Assembly: GCA_031416315.1 (NCBI GenBank) | Contig: JANOTL010000159.1 | Span: forward strand, 1-64,000 | Length of the DNA: 64,000 bases | Source: Pseudomonadota bacterium | GTDB lineage: Bacteria > Bdellovibrionota_B > Oligoflexia > Oligoflexales > CAIYRB01 | Direction of reading: 5' to 3' | Shown here: piece by piece, positions 45,155-54,771 of the stretch | Position numbering within the stretch: the first letter of the stretch is position 1 | How the letters are laid out: each line of letters starts with the position of its first letter | Program-made: the position numbers and the translations under genes | The notes under the pieces: model-generated | What the model saw: the letters and a program-made list of their open reading frames with translations, nothing else | The model's database searches: none | What the model was told of the DNA's origin: nothing

Positions 45155-47722
45155 CTACTGCCGTAACTTCACGACGGTAACGCCGTCGCCCCCTTCCTGA
45201 TCGAGCCCGGCCCGAAAGGTGACGTCGTAAGGGCAGTTATGGCGCAGCGCGTCCCGAATGGCCCGCTGCAGGGCGCCTGTCCCGTGACCGTGGATCAAGA
45301 GAATCGACTCCTCGCCCCTTAGGAGGGCGCGGTCGACGAAGTTCCATGCCTGCTCCAAAGCCTGATCGACGTCCTTGCCCCGCAGATCGAGCGAGTTGGT
45401 CGGCGTCTGCGGCGTGTAGGCGATGCCCGCGGGACCTGAAGGCTGAGTCGCCTGCTGCGGCTGGTGCGAGCTCTTACCCTTGGCGCTCGGCTTTTTCTGC
45501 AGATTCGCCGAGCCTTGGGCGTTCGCTCCGACCGCCTCGCCCGCGCTCAGCACGCGCAGATCGTGGGCCGAGACGCGTAGCTTGATGATGCCGACCTCGA
45601 CCTCGATCGGCTCGTCCTCGTTCAAGCCCGGCCGCAGGATCTTGCCCGCCTTCTTCAGCGGCAGGACATAAACTGGCGTATTCGCGAACAAATCTGACTT
45701 AGTGAGCGCACGCCCGGGCAGCTTGTCGCCGACGTCGTAGCCCTGACCGAGCTCGCTGACGACGCTGTCCATGCCGCGTAGGACCTTCTCGGCCGCCTTG
45801 CGGCCCTCGAGCGCTTCCTCGCGGTTGATCGGCCCGTTGTCTTCTTTGGTCATCTGCCGCAGCTTTTTCACCAGCTCGTCGTACTCGGTGCGCAGATCCG
45901 AGATCTGCGCCTCGTACTTGTCGGCGAGCGTCAGCGAAGCCTTGCGACGCGACTCGCGCAACATCTCGACCTCCTGCTCCCAGCGCAGGCGCTGGCCTTC
46001 GGCCTCGAGCTTTTCCTTGTCGAGGTCACCCTTCAGCTGGCGAGCCTCGTCGCGGGCGACCATCAGCTGGGACACCGCGGCGTCCAGGCTCGACATCGTT
46101 CCGTGCCGCAGCTCGCGCGCCCGCGCGAGGATGCGCGACGGCATCCCCATTTGCTCGGCCACCTCGAGCCCGTAGCTCTGGCCCGGAACGTCCAGGATCA
46201 GCTTATAGGTCGGGCGCAGGTCGTGGAGCGAGAACTCCATCGAGCCGTTGCGGAAGCGCTTGTCGCTGATCGCGAGGCTCTTCAGCTGGTCGAAGTGCGT
46301 CGTGACCAAGCCGGCGGCGCGCTTCGTCGCCAGGTCTTCCAAGATCGCGGTGCCGATCGCGGCGCCCGTCTGCGGGTCCGTGCCGACGGCGAGCTCGTCG
46401 AGCAGCACCAGATCGCGGGGCCCGGCCCGCTCGAGCACCGGCTTCAAGCCCAGGAGGTGACCCGAGAACGTCGACAGGTTCGCCGACAGGTTCTGCGCGT
46501 CGCCCATCTCCAGGAAGATGTCGTCGAAGAGGAACATCTTCGACGTCGGGTCGGCGGGAATCAGGAGCCCCGCCTTCGCCATCAGGTGCAGGAGGCCTAC
46601 GGTCTTCAGCACGACCGTCTTGCCGCCAGCGTTCGGCCCCGAGATGATCAGGATGTGCTGCTCGCCTTCGAGCCCGATGGTGTTGCCGATCGCCGTTTTT
46701 CCGCCAGCGCGCCGCACCAGGGGATGGCGCGCGCCGTGGAGGTCGATCAACGGCGTCTCGGTCAGCTCGATGATGCCAGCGTCGACCTCCGCCGCGATCG
46801 CGGCCTCGGCGCTCATGATGTCGAGCTCGACCAGGAGCTCATAGTTCGTGCCGAGCACCTCGCTCTCGACGGCGACGAACTGCGTCAGCTCGCGGAAGAT
46901 CCGCGCGATCTCGAGCTTTTCCTCGAGCTCGACCTCCTGCAGCTGATCGTTCAACGGCGCGAGGGTCGCCGGCTCGATGAACAGCGTCTGGCCGCTGGCC
47001 GAGGTGTCGAGAATCGAGCCCTTCACGCGTCCGCGCCCGTCGAGCCGCATCGGCACGACGTAACGCTCGGAGCGCACCGTGAAGAAGTCGTCCTGTAGAT
47101 AGTCTTTGAGCTCGCTGTCGTGAATGAGCTGCGTCAGCGCCGATTCGATGCGCTTGCGCGTGCTGACTTTTGCGCGACGGATGCGCATCAGCTCATCGGA
47201 GGCGTCGTCCTTCAGCTCGCCGTCCGGGGCGACCGCCTTATTGATCGCCGTCAGCAGCTGCGGCATCGGATGCAGGCTGCCGCGAAACCGGCGGAGGCTC
47301 GTACAGCGCGCCTCGAAGTCTGCGGCGAAACCGTGCACCTTGCGCGTCGATTCGAGCACGTTGGCGACCATGCGCAGCTCGACGCCGCCGAGGATCTGCC
47401 CGAGCTTGGCCGCGCGCAGGAAGGGACCGATCGGCGCCAGCATGCCGACGGGCGCGCGGTACGACTGCGAGGCGAGACGGCGCAAGGGCTCGACGGCGCG
47501 CCAACGCTCTTCGATCGCCTCGCGCGCCAGGTTCGGCACCAGGGCGAGCGAGCGCTCGCGACCTTCGTCGGTATGGGTGTGGCCCGCGATGCGCTCGACG
47601 AGTAGCGGCCACTCGAGTTTCTCGAGAACGCGCTGGTCGATGGGTCTTACGTCTTGGTTGGCTTTGATGGCTTGTTCCTCTTCTGGGTGCGCTAAGATAT
47701 GCCCACGCGCGGTTCCCTTCAA
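45155..47722 (-). CDS. mutS2: MutS2 with Smr domain
   Basis: SASGQTLFIEP, SGPNAGGKT, LSTFSGH, LLDE..GTDP, TTH, Smr LDLRG...IHGHGTG. True start uncertain. Confidence 0.93.
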   Translation of the reverse strand: MKGTARGHILAHPEEEQAIKANQDVRPIDQRVLEKLEWPLLVERIAGHTHTDEGRERSLALVPNLAREAIEERWRAVEPLRRLASQSYRAPVGMLAPIGPFLRAAKLGQILGGVELRMVANVLESTRKVHGFAADFEARCTSLRRFRGSLHPMPQLLTAINKAVAPDGELKDDASDELMRIRRAKVSTRKRIESALTQLIHDSELKDYLQDDFFTVRSERYVVPMRLDGRGRVKGSILDTSASGQTLFIEPATLAPLNDQLQEVELEEKLEIARIFRELTQFVAVESEVLGTNYELLVELDIMSAEAAIAAEVDAGIIELTETPLIDLHGARHPLVRRAGGKTAIGNTIGLEGEQHILIISGPNAGGKTVVLKTVGLLHLMAKAGLLIPADPTSKMFLFDDIFLEMGDAQNLSANLSTFSGHLLGLKPVLERAGPRDLVLLDELAVGTDPQTGAAIGTAILEDLATKRAAGLVTTHFDQLKSLAISDKRFRNGSMEFSLHDLRPTYKLILDVPGQSYGLEVAEQMGMPSRILARARELRHGTMSSLDAAVSQLMVARDEARQLKGDLDKEKLEAEGQRLRWEQEVEMLRESRRKASLTLADKYEAQISDLRTEYDELVKKLRQMTKEDNGPINREEALEGRKAAEKVLRGMDSVVSELGQGYDVGDKLPGRALTKSDLFANTPVYVLPLKKAGKILRPGLNEDEPIEVEVGIIKLRVSAHDLRVLSAGEAVGANAQGSANLQKKPSAKGKSSHQPQQATQPSGPAGIAYTPQTPTNSLDLRGKDVDQALEQAWNFVDRALLRGEESILLIHGHGTGALQRAIRDALRHNCPYDVTFRAGLDQEGGDGVTVVKLRQ

Positions 47723-47738
47723 TAGCGGCGGTCCCTCG

Positions 47739-48593
47739 ATGCCTCACGCAGTCTCGCTCCCGATGCTCATGGGCTACCTAGTGTCTCCGATCACCTGGAT
47801 CGTCTTCATGTTCGGGGCCATCGTCGGCAGCTTCCTGAACGTCTGCATCTACCGCATTCCGGAGGGAACCTTCTTCAAGCACGCGCGCTCGGTCTGCCGA
47901 GGCTGCGGTGCGCCGATCCCGATGTACCTCAACGTGCCGATCTTGGGCTGGCTTTTCCTGCGCGGAAAGGCGCGGTGCTGCGGCGTCAAGCTGTCGCCCC
48001 AGTACCCCTTGGTCGAGCTTCTGGCCGCGATCGCCTTCGTGGTCATCTATTGGAAGTACCCGTTCATAGCCCTAAAAGGCGGCACCATCGAATGGCACTA
48101 CGCGGACGCGATCCGTTGCGCCCATGCCGTGATCTTTTGCTCGCTCTTGATCGTGGTCTCCGCGATCGACTTCCGCTTGATGATCATCCCGGACGTGATC
48201 AGCCTGCCGATGATCGTGCTCACGCCGGTCGTCGTGTGGCTCCACCCGGATCTGGACTGGCTGAGCGCGACGCTGGGAGTCGCGATCGGCGGTTTCAGCC
48301 TTTACGCCATAGCGTGGATCTACTGGCTCATCCGTCACGAGGTGGGGATGGGCATGGGCGACGTCAAACTCCTGGCCGCGATCGGCGGCTGGCTGGGCTA
48401 TCAAGCTATTATTCCTACCGTTTTTTATGGCTCGATCCTGGGCGCCGCCTCCGGTCTGGTGTTCATCGCCGCCAGCCGCAAGATGACTTTGAAGGCAGCC
48501 ATCCCGTTCGGACCGTTTCTCGCGCTTGGTGCTATAATTCATTTGATCATCGGTCCTTATCTTCAAATGATCGCCTTCCGACCCGCCGGTTGA
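47739..48593 (+). CDS. pilD: Prepilin peptidase/N-methyltransferase
   Basis: GSFLNVCIYRIP, RS.C..C, YPLVEL, ID...IIPD, GMGDVKL and IPFGPFL motifs. Confidence 0.93.
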   Translation: MPHAVSLPMLMGYLVSPITWIVFMFGAIVGSFLNVCIYRIPEGTFFKHARSVCRGCGAPIPMYLNVPILGWLFLRGKARCCGVKLSPQYPLVELLAAIAFVVIYWKYPFIALKGGTIEWHYADAIRCAHAVIFCSLLIVVSAIDFRLMIIPDVISLPMIVLTPVVVWLHPDLDWLSATLGVAIGGFSLYAIAWIYWLIRHEVGMGMGDVKLLAAIGGWLGYQAIIPTVFYGSILGAASGLVFIAASRKMTLKAAIPFGPFLALGAIIHLIIGPYLQMIAFRPAG

Positions 48594-48597
48594 GCCC

Positions 48598-49635
48598 ATG
48601 AACCACGTCCTCACATCAGGATCTTTGGCCGACGTCGTGCGCTTGGGCGCAGAGCTGGGCCATGCGTTGAGCGGAGCGACGGGCTTCAAGGCCGTTCTGC
48701 GCCGGTTCGCCGAGGTCTTGGGGGCGAACTTCGGCGCCGAGCGGGTCGCCTTCGCCAAGATCGTCGGCCGGAACCATAAGCTCACCCTGAAGCGCCGCCT
48801 GGTCCGGTTGGCCTCCCTCGAGCTCCTGCCGGACGAGACGGTCGAGCTTCTTGGGAAGACCCTGGCGCAGACGGACGGCGGCGTCGCGGACATGCGCGAA
48901 GGCTTCACGAGCTTCTCCGTCGGCAACCAGGTCTACGGCTGCACGGTGGTCGAGGATCCCCAGTCGCGCGAAGGCTGCCTCGTCGTCTGGCAGCCCTTTC
49001 CCATGCAGGGAGAGAAAGACGAGGCGAGCGTCGCCCTGCAGGAGGCGCTCCTCGACGTCCTCGTGCGTCACCTTCAGGGCGAGTGCCGCTGGTATCGGAA
49101 GCTCGAAAAGACCCAGGCGATGCTCAATCGCGACGATCTGACCGGTCTTTACAACGCTCGTTACCTCGATCTGGTCCTCGACGCCGAGCTCCGGCGCGCC
49201 GAGCGCTTTCAGACGCAGTTCTGCCTCCTCTTCATCGATCTCGACGGCTTCAAGCCGATCAACGACAACCACGGCCACCTCTCCGGCAGCTCGGTCCTGA
49301 AGCAGGTCGCCGAGGTGATCCGCGACGCCGTGCGCGAGGTCGACGTCGCGATCCGCTACGGCGGCGATGAGTTCGTCGTCATCTTACTCGGCGCCACCTG
49401 CTCCAAGGGGCTCCTCGCCGCCGAGCGCGTCCGCAAGCGCATCGAGCAGAAGGATTTCGCGCTGGACGGCGGCGCCGTCGCGCACGTCACGGCTTCGATC
49501 GGCGTCGCGGCGTATCCAGACCATGGTCAGGACCGCGAGACGCTTTTGAAGATGGCCGACGAGACGATGTATCACTCGAAACGCGCTGGGAAAAATCGAG
49601 TCTCGATCGTCGGACAGCGAGTTCTTGCGCCGTAG
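48598..49635 (+). CDS. Diguanylate cyclase (GAF-like plus GGDEF)
   Basis: DDLTGLYN, intact GGDEF, RxxD I-site (REVD). Confidence 0.92.
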   Translation: MNHVLTSGSLADVVRLGAELGHALSGATGFKAVLRRFAEVLGANFGAERVAFAKIVGRNHKLTLKRRLVRLASLELLPDETVELLGKTLAQTDGGVADMREGFTSFSVGNQVYGCTVVEDPQSREGCLVVWQPFPMQGEKDEASVALQEALLDVLVRHLQGECRWYRKLEKTQAMLNRDDLTGLYNARYLDLVLDAELRRAERFQTQFCLLFIDLDGFKPINDNHGHLSGSSVLKQVAEVIRDAVREVDVAIRYGGDEFVVILLGATCSKGLLAAERVRKRIEQKDFALDGGAVAHVTASIGVAAYPDHGQDRETLLKMADETMYHSKRAGKNRVSIVGQRVLAP

Positions 49636-49653
49636 TTTTGTGGAGCTGAAACA

Positions 49654-50157
49654 GTGGACCGGAAGCAGGTAGGGAAACCGCCGAGCGCGAGCGCGACGCA
49701 TCACGAGCATCACGTGCGTCCGCAGCACACGAACGCCATGGGCACGCTCTTCGGGGGCGAAGTCATGGCCTGGGTCGACACCGTCGCCGCCATCGCCGCG
49801 ATGCGCCACTGCGAGAAGCCGGTCGTCACCGCCTCGATCGACGCGCTGCATTTTCTCGCGCCGATCCGCATGGGCTGGATCGTCAACTTGGACGCCAGCG
49901 TCAACTTCTCCGGCCGGACGAGCGTCGAGGTCGGGGTGAAGGTCGTCGCCGAGGACCCGATTCGCGGCGAGAAGCATCACACCGCCAGCGCCTACCTGAC
50001 CTTCGTCGCCCTCGACGCCAACGGCCGGCCCACGCCACTGCCGCCGGTCACGCCCGAGACTCCCAAGGAAAAGGAGCGGTTCGAGGCGGCGCAAGAGCGC
50101 CGCAAGGCGCGCCTCTCTCTCAAAGACACGTTGCAGCATCGTTTCGGCGAGAAATGA
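49654..50157 (+). CDS. Acyl-CoA thioesterase (YciA-like hotdog fold)
   Basis: NAMGTLFGG..MAWVD, VTAS and TFVALD motifs. Confidence 0.9.
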   Translation: MDRKQVGKPPSASATHHEHHVRPQHTNAMGTLFGGEVMAWVDTVAAIAAMRHCEKPVVTASIDALHFLAPIRMGWIVNLDASVNFSGRTSVEVGVKVVAEDPIRGEKHHTASAYLTFVALDANGRPTPLPPVTPETPKEKERFEAAQERRKARLSLKDTLQHRFGEK

Positions 50158-51446
50158 CGCACGCGCTCCTCATCCTGGCCTTGCTGTTCGGCCTCGCCGC
50201 GCCGGCTCCGGCCGCGGACGCGCCGGCGCGAGCCGAGCTGCCGCCGTTCATCCCGCCGCGGCCAAAAGATTACGCGAAGGTCGAGGTCTACCTCCTCACC
50301 GTCGGCCGCGGCGCGCAAATCCACTCCCTCTTCGGCCATACCTTCCTGCGCGTCGTCGACACCGACATCAACCTCGACATGAACTTCAACTGGGGCATCT
50401 TCGACTACGCAGACCCGCTCTTCTTGTGGAAGTTCTACGTCGGCGACCTGACCTACCGCATGGAGGTCTCCGACTTTGCCGGCCTCGTGAACCACTACCG
50501 GAACGTCGAGAAGCGCCGCGTCAGCCAGGAGCACGTCAACCTCACGACGAAGCAGAAAGAGAAGCTCTACGATCGACTCATCTGGAACGCTCAGCCCGAG
50601 AACGTGAAGTACGAATATTCGCAGGTCTACAACAACTGCGCGACCAAGCCGCGCGACTACCTCGACGAAGCGGTCGGGGGCGGCATCAAGCGCTTCTACG
50701 CCTCGCGCTTTGGCCGCGACGGCTTTCGGACCTTCATCCGCGACGGCGCCAAGCAGTTCTTCTGGGCGGACGTCGGCCTCGACATGATCCTGAACTCGCA
50801 TTACGACCGCGTCGTCACGCAGTGGGAGGAGATGTTCCTGCCGGCGCGACTCCGCCAGCATCTGAGCGAGATTCCCGCTTTCGACGACGCAGGCCTCCCG
50901 ATCCGTGACCGGAACCTCCTCGAGGCGAGCGAGGTGATCATCGATCTGCCCGAGCCGCCGGCCGCCACGGATCCCTACTTCAAGCTAGCGCTCGTTTTTC
51001 TGCTGCCTTTGGGCCTCGTCTCCGGCGCTGCGTTCGGCCGCTATCCGACGCGGCGCGTCACTCGCAGCGTCGGTCTGATCACCGTCGTCTACGGACTCTG
51101 GTCCTCCGTCTGGGGGATGGCCTTGGTTTTCAACTGGCTCGTCTCCCGTTATCCTGAGGTGAAGCACAACGCGCACCTCTTCGCGATGTGGCCGATTGAC
51201 TGGATCTTCGTGGCGTTCGGCGCGAAGCTTCTCTTCTCGGGCACCTGGCCGGCCTCGTCGACCTTCCTCTCCCGCGCCTGCGGCCTTCTCTCGCGCCTCC
51301 ACGTCGCCGGCATCCTGCTCCTCGTGGCACTCGCCGCCGTCGGTATCGTCCAACAGAACGTCACGCCCGTGATCGCCTCGACCGGCGCCGCGGGGCTCAT
51401 GCTTTACATGCTCCTCGCGCGTCGCATCGCGGCACGGGAAGGCTAA
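50154..51446 (+). CDS. DUF4105 membrane protein (Lnb-like lipoprotein N-acyltransferase candidate)
   Basis: FGHTFLRV, FNWG.FD, Y....NNCAT, MFLP, C-terminal TM bundle. Confidence 0.75.
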   Translation: MTHALLILALLFGLAAPAPAADAPARAELPPFIPPRPKDYAKVEVYLLTVGRGAQIHSLFGHTFLRVVDTDINLDMNFNWGIFDYADPLFLWKFYVGDLTYRMEVSDFAGLVNHYRNVEKRRVSQEHVNLTTKQKEKLYDRLIWNAQPENVKYEYSQVYNNCATKPRDYLDEAVGGGIKRFYASRFGRDGFRTFIRDGAKQFFWADVGLDMILNSHYDRVVTQWEEMFLPARLRQHLSEIPAFDDAGLPIRDRNLLEASEVIIDLPEPPAATDPYFKLALVFLLPLGLVSGAAFGRYPTRRVTRSVGLITVVYGLWSSVWGMALVFNWLVSRYPEVKHNAHLFAMWPIDWIFVAFGAKLLFSGTWPASSTFLSRACGLLSRLHVAGILLLVALAAVGIVQQNVTPVIASTGAAGLMLYMLLARRIAAREG

Positions 51447-51448
51447 GA

Positions 51449-52249
51449 ATGCAGGGTCAAAAGGACAAGCTGTACAAAAGGTTCAAAGGGGGCGATCCGC
51501 GCGCCCTCGCCGAGCTGTTCGAAGGCGAGCGCAACGAGCTCTACGACTACCTGATGCGGATGACCGGTCAGATCGCGAAGTCCTCAGACACGGTCGACGA
51601 GGTCTTCCTTAGCCTGACGGAAGAGACTCTGGAGTCCGTCGCGACCTTCGGCGAATTCAAGACGATGCTCTTTGCTACGGCGCGTCGCTTCGTCTCCGAG
51701 GTGTGGAACGCCGACACCTCGCGCCTGATGAACGCCGCCGTCGACGGTCTCCACGAGACCGGCGCCAAGGTGGGCGAAGGCCTACCTGCGGAGCGCGAGC
51801 GCCATCGTCCCTTCGACCGCGCCGTCCGCGCCCTCCCGGGTCGCGAGCGTGAAATCGTCCTGCTAAAGGCGCGCAGCTCGTTCAACGACCTGGAGATCGC
51901 GACGATCATGGGGATCCCGATCAACCAGGTCGAGACCCTCGCGAACGCCGCATTCGCGCGGGTCTCAGCCGAGTGTTCCGGCCTGAACACCGCCTCCCTC
52001 ATGGGCACGATCGCGCGCATGCCGCACCATCCCGAGCCCGTGCGCTCCTCCCAGCGCACGATCAACCTCAGCATGGTGATGCAAGACATCAAGACCAAGC
52101 CCGTCGGGCTGTGGTCACCTTTCCGCATCGTCGCCCTCGTGCTGCTCGCCATCGCCGGTTTCGTCTATGCGCTCAAGCCCGAGCTCTACTCGGAGCTGGC
52201 GGTGCTTGTGAAAGGCCTCCTCAATGTCGTCCCCGACCCCAGACCGTAA
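51449..52249 (+). CDS. ECF-like sigma factor with C-terminal TM helix
   Basis: GD..A..ELF...LYDYL.RMTG region 2; LPGREREIVLL...EIA.IMGIP region 4; hydrophobic tail. Confidence 0.7.
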   Translation: MQGQKDKLYKRFKGGDPRALAELFEGERNELYDYLMRMTGQIAKSSDTVDEVFLSLTEETLESVATFGEFKTMLFATARRFVSEVWNADTSRLMNAAVDGLHETGAKVGEGLPAERERHRPFDRAVRALPGREREIVLLKARSSFNDLEIATIMGIPINQVETLANAAFARVSAECSGLNTASLMGTIARMPHHPEPVRSSQRTINLSMVMQDIKTKPVGLWSPFRIVALVLLAIAGFVYALKPELYSELAVLVKGLLNVVPDPRP

Positions 52250-53498
52250 GCTCGCGCCGGCGCTCGCCGTCTTCACCATCGCGATGGCCGCCGCCTTCGT
52301 GCTCGGTGGCTATGAGCTCCTCCGCAGCCCGACGAACACGCTCTACGTGAAGGCCTACGGCAAGGAAAACCTGCCGATGGTGATGGCTTTCATCCCGCTG
52401 TCGGTCGCTGCCTGCGTGTACGCCTACGGGCGCATTCTCTCGGCCTTTGGCCCGCGCAAGACCCTGCTGATCACGACCTTGGGCTCGGCCGTCATCGTCG
52501 CCTTCTGCCAGTTCCTCGCCGACCAGGGCTTGGCGCCCGCGACCGCGGTCCTCTGGCTCTTCCGCAACGCCTATGTCGTGATCATCATCGAGCAGTACTG
52601 GTCCTTCATCAACAGCGTCCTCGACGAGAAAAGGGCGGCGAAATACAACGGGCCGATCTGCGGGGTCGCCTCGATCGGCTCGGTCGCCGGCGCCTCGATC
52701 GGCGCCGCGCTCGCGGTGAAGTTCGGCTCCGCCTCGATGATTTATCTTTCCGCGCTGATGACCCTGCCCGCCGCCTTCGTCTCGGACGTCGCCTACCGCC
52801 GCGAGGGCGAGCCTCGGGACACACCGAAGGTTCCGCCGCGCGGCGCCTTTCAGCATCTCGGCCTAGCCCAGTTCAAGTCGTACCCGATCCTGATTCTGAT
52901 CTTCGCCATCGTCGCCGCCACCCAGGTCGTTGCGGGCGTCCTCGCCATCGCCTGGCAAGGCGTCCTCTCGGATGCCTACTCGAACGTCGACATGCAGACC
53001 GAGTACTCTTACTCATTCTATGCCTGGATCAACGGCATCGCCGCCGTCCTGCAGTTCATCGCCGCGCCGTTCGTCATGCGCTATTTCAACTCCGGTATCG
53101 TCAACGTCCTGATTCCGACGGCGCAGATGGTCGCCATCGTCGTCTACCTGCGCGATCCGACGCTCGCCACGGTCTCCTTCGCCTACATGACCTTCAAATG
53201 CCTCGACTACTCGATCATCCGCGCCTCCAAGGAAGCGCTCTACATCCCGCTCCCGTTCGACGCCCGCTTCCGCGCCAAAGAGGTGATCGACGTCTTCGGC
53301 TACCGCTTCAGCAAGGGCATCACCGCCGGCCTCATCGCGATCGCCCAGCGAACCGGCTTCGTCTTCCGCGACACGACCTATGCGGTCGTCGCCCTCGCCG
53401 CGATGGGCGTATGGGCCCTCCTTGCGGTGCCGCTCGCCATTCCGCGGGAAGACGACGAAGACGAAGATCCTGAAAATCTCGACGCCGCGGCGTCGTAA
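52224..53498 (+). CDS. NTT/TLC-family nucleotide (ATP/ADP) translocase-like transporter
   Basis: YELLRS, YWSFIN...AAKYNG, DYS....KEALYIPL...RFRAKEVIDV..YRFSK; about 12 TM helices. Confidence 0.75.
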   Translation: MSSPTPDRKLAPALAVFTIAMAAAFVLGGYELLRSPTNTLYVKAYGKENLPMVMAFIPLSVAACVYAYGRILSAFGPRKTLLITTLGSAVIVAFCQFLADQGLAPATAVLWLFRNAYVVIIIEQYWSFINSVLDEKRAAKYNGPICGVASIGSVAGASIGAALAVKFGSASMIYLSALMTLPAAFVSDVAYRREGEPRDTPKVPPRGAFQHLGLAQFKSYPILILIFAIVAATQVVAGVLAIAWQGVLSDAYSNVDMQTEYSYSFYAWINGIAAVLQFIAAPFVMRYFNSGIVNVLIPTAQMVAIVVYLRDPTLATVSFAYMTFKCLDYSIIRASKEALYIPLPFDARFRAKEVIDVFGYRFSKGITAGLIAIAQRTGFVFRDTTYAVVALAAMGVWALLAVPLAIPREDDEDEDPENLDAAAS

Positions 53499-53509
53499 GG
53501 AGACCTGTC

Positions 53510-54010
53510 ATGCGCATCAAACTCTGCCTCGCCCTTTTGGGCGTCCTCGCCACCACTCCGGCCGCTGCCAACGGCTGGACTCTAAACCTCGGCTATCAAA
53601 ACCCTGCCGTCTCCACGTACGGCCTCAACTTCCTCCATTTCTGGACCGACTGGGCCTTCGAGATCGGCATTGGCTGGGTCGACGTTGATTCGCAGGCCAA
53701 CAAAGACGACGACACGGACTCCGGCGGCGAGGACGACGACAGCGCGTCCGCCGCCCTGAGCATTGCCGGCGATCTCGACATGAAATACATGCTCGCAGGC
53801 GGCAAGTTTCGTCCCTACGTCCAAGGCGGCGTGGGCTACGGCATCGGCGCGGCCGCGGGCGACGACGCCGGGTTCGGCGCCGGCATCGGTGGCGTCTTCG
53901 TCGGCATCGGCCTCCTGGCAGGCTCCCCCGACCTCTACGTGTACGCCGCGTACAGCGTCTTCAGCTCGAAGGCCGGCTTCATCCAAGCCGGCGTCGGCTT
54001 CGGCATGTGA
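53510..54010 (+). CDS. Small outer-membrane beta-barrel protein
   Basis: AGGAG RBS, signal peptide, RPYVQGGVG, C-terminal QAGVGFGM. Confidence 0.75.
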   Translation: MRIKLCLALLGVLATTPAAANGWTLNLGYQNPAVSTYGLNFLHFWTDWAFEIGIGWVDVDSQANKDDDTDSGGEDDDSASAALSIAGDLDMKYMLAGGKFRPYVQGGVGYGIGAAAGDDAGFGAGIGGVFVGIGLLAGSPDLYVYAAYSVFSSKAGFIQAGVGFGM

Positions 54011-54071
54011 ACGGGCCGCGGAGAAGCCGGCATCCCTGCCGTACTTCTCCGCGCTTCCCTGCTCGGCCGAA

Positions 54072-54527
54072 TCAGTTCCTGATCACCACGCCGCCACCAC
54101 CGCGCTCGACGTCGCGACGCAACTCGCGCATCGCGTAATCCAGGTTCCGCAGCTGCTGCTCGGCGAAATACGTCGGCCGATGACGCGAGTAGTTCCACTC
54201 GCGCTTCAGGCTGCGATGCGCATCCACGAGCAGGTCGTACGTGTAATAGAAGTCGTCGCGTCCCCAGTTGCTACGCAAGTCGTCAAGCAACGCCAACGAG
54301 TAGTCCAGGACGAGGCGCGCGTTGTACGTCGCGCGCTCGTCGGCGTCTTCGCGCGTCAGGATCTGCACCAGGATGTCAGCTTCGTACTCGACTTGCGCCA
54401 CCGCGTACTCGAGGCGGCCGCTGCTGCGACCCGGATCGCGGTCGTTCGGGTGGGTGTGGTCGGCGAGGGCGTTGCCCGCGCCGGCGACGAATGCCAATGC
54501 GGCAAGGAGAAGGGTAGTCAGTTTCAT
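54072..54527 (-). CDS. Secreted helical hypothetical protein
   Basis: AGGAG RBS; signal peptide ending ALA-D. Confidence 0.7.
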   Translation of the reverse strand: MKLTTLLLAALAFVAGAGNALADHTHPNDRDPGRSSGRLEYAVAQVEYEADILVQILTREDADERATYNARLVLDYSLALLDDLRSNWGRDDFYYTYDLLVDAHRSLKREWNYSRHRPTYFAEQQLRNLDYAMRELRRDVERGGGGVVIRN

Positions 54528-54771
54528 CGAACGGGCTCCTAAACTAGAGTTTGTTTGCTTGCGGGGGCCGTTACGCATTTGCGACTGCGGCCAACTTAGT
54601 TAATTTTTCCAATGAAATCAATAAGTCACGCTGGCGCGGCGTTCCCCGAGCCGCCGCCCACAGAACGGCGCGAAGTTTGACCGGTTGGCCAACTTCCTCT
54701 AAAGTGTCCGTAAATCTCCGCACTCGCGTTCTCGATCGAGCCAGACAAACCCAAGGAAGGGGGGGTCCATC

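Noticed and set aside
47124..47738. N-terminal extension of PilD to 489 aa
   Set aside because: It is antisense to mutS2; prepilin peptidase homology starts after 47739.
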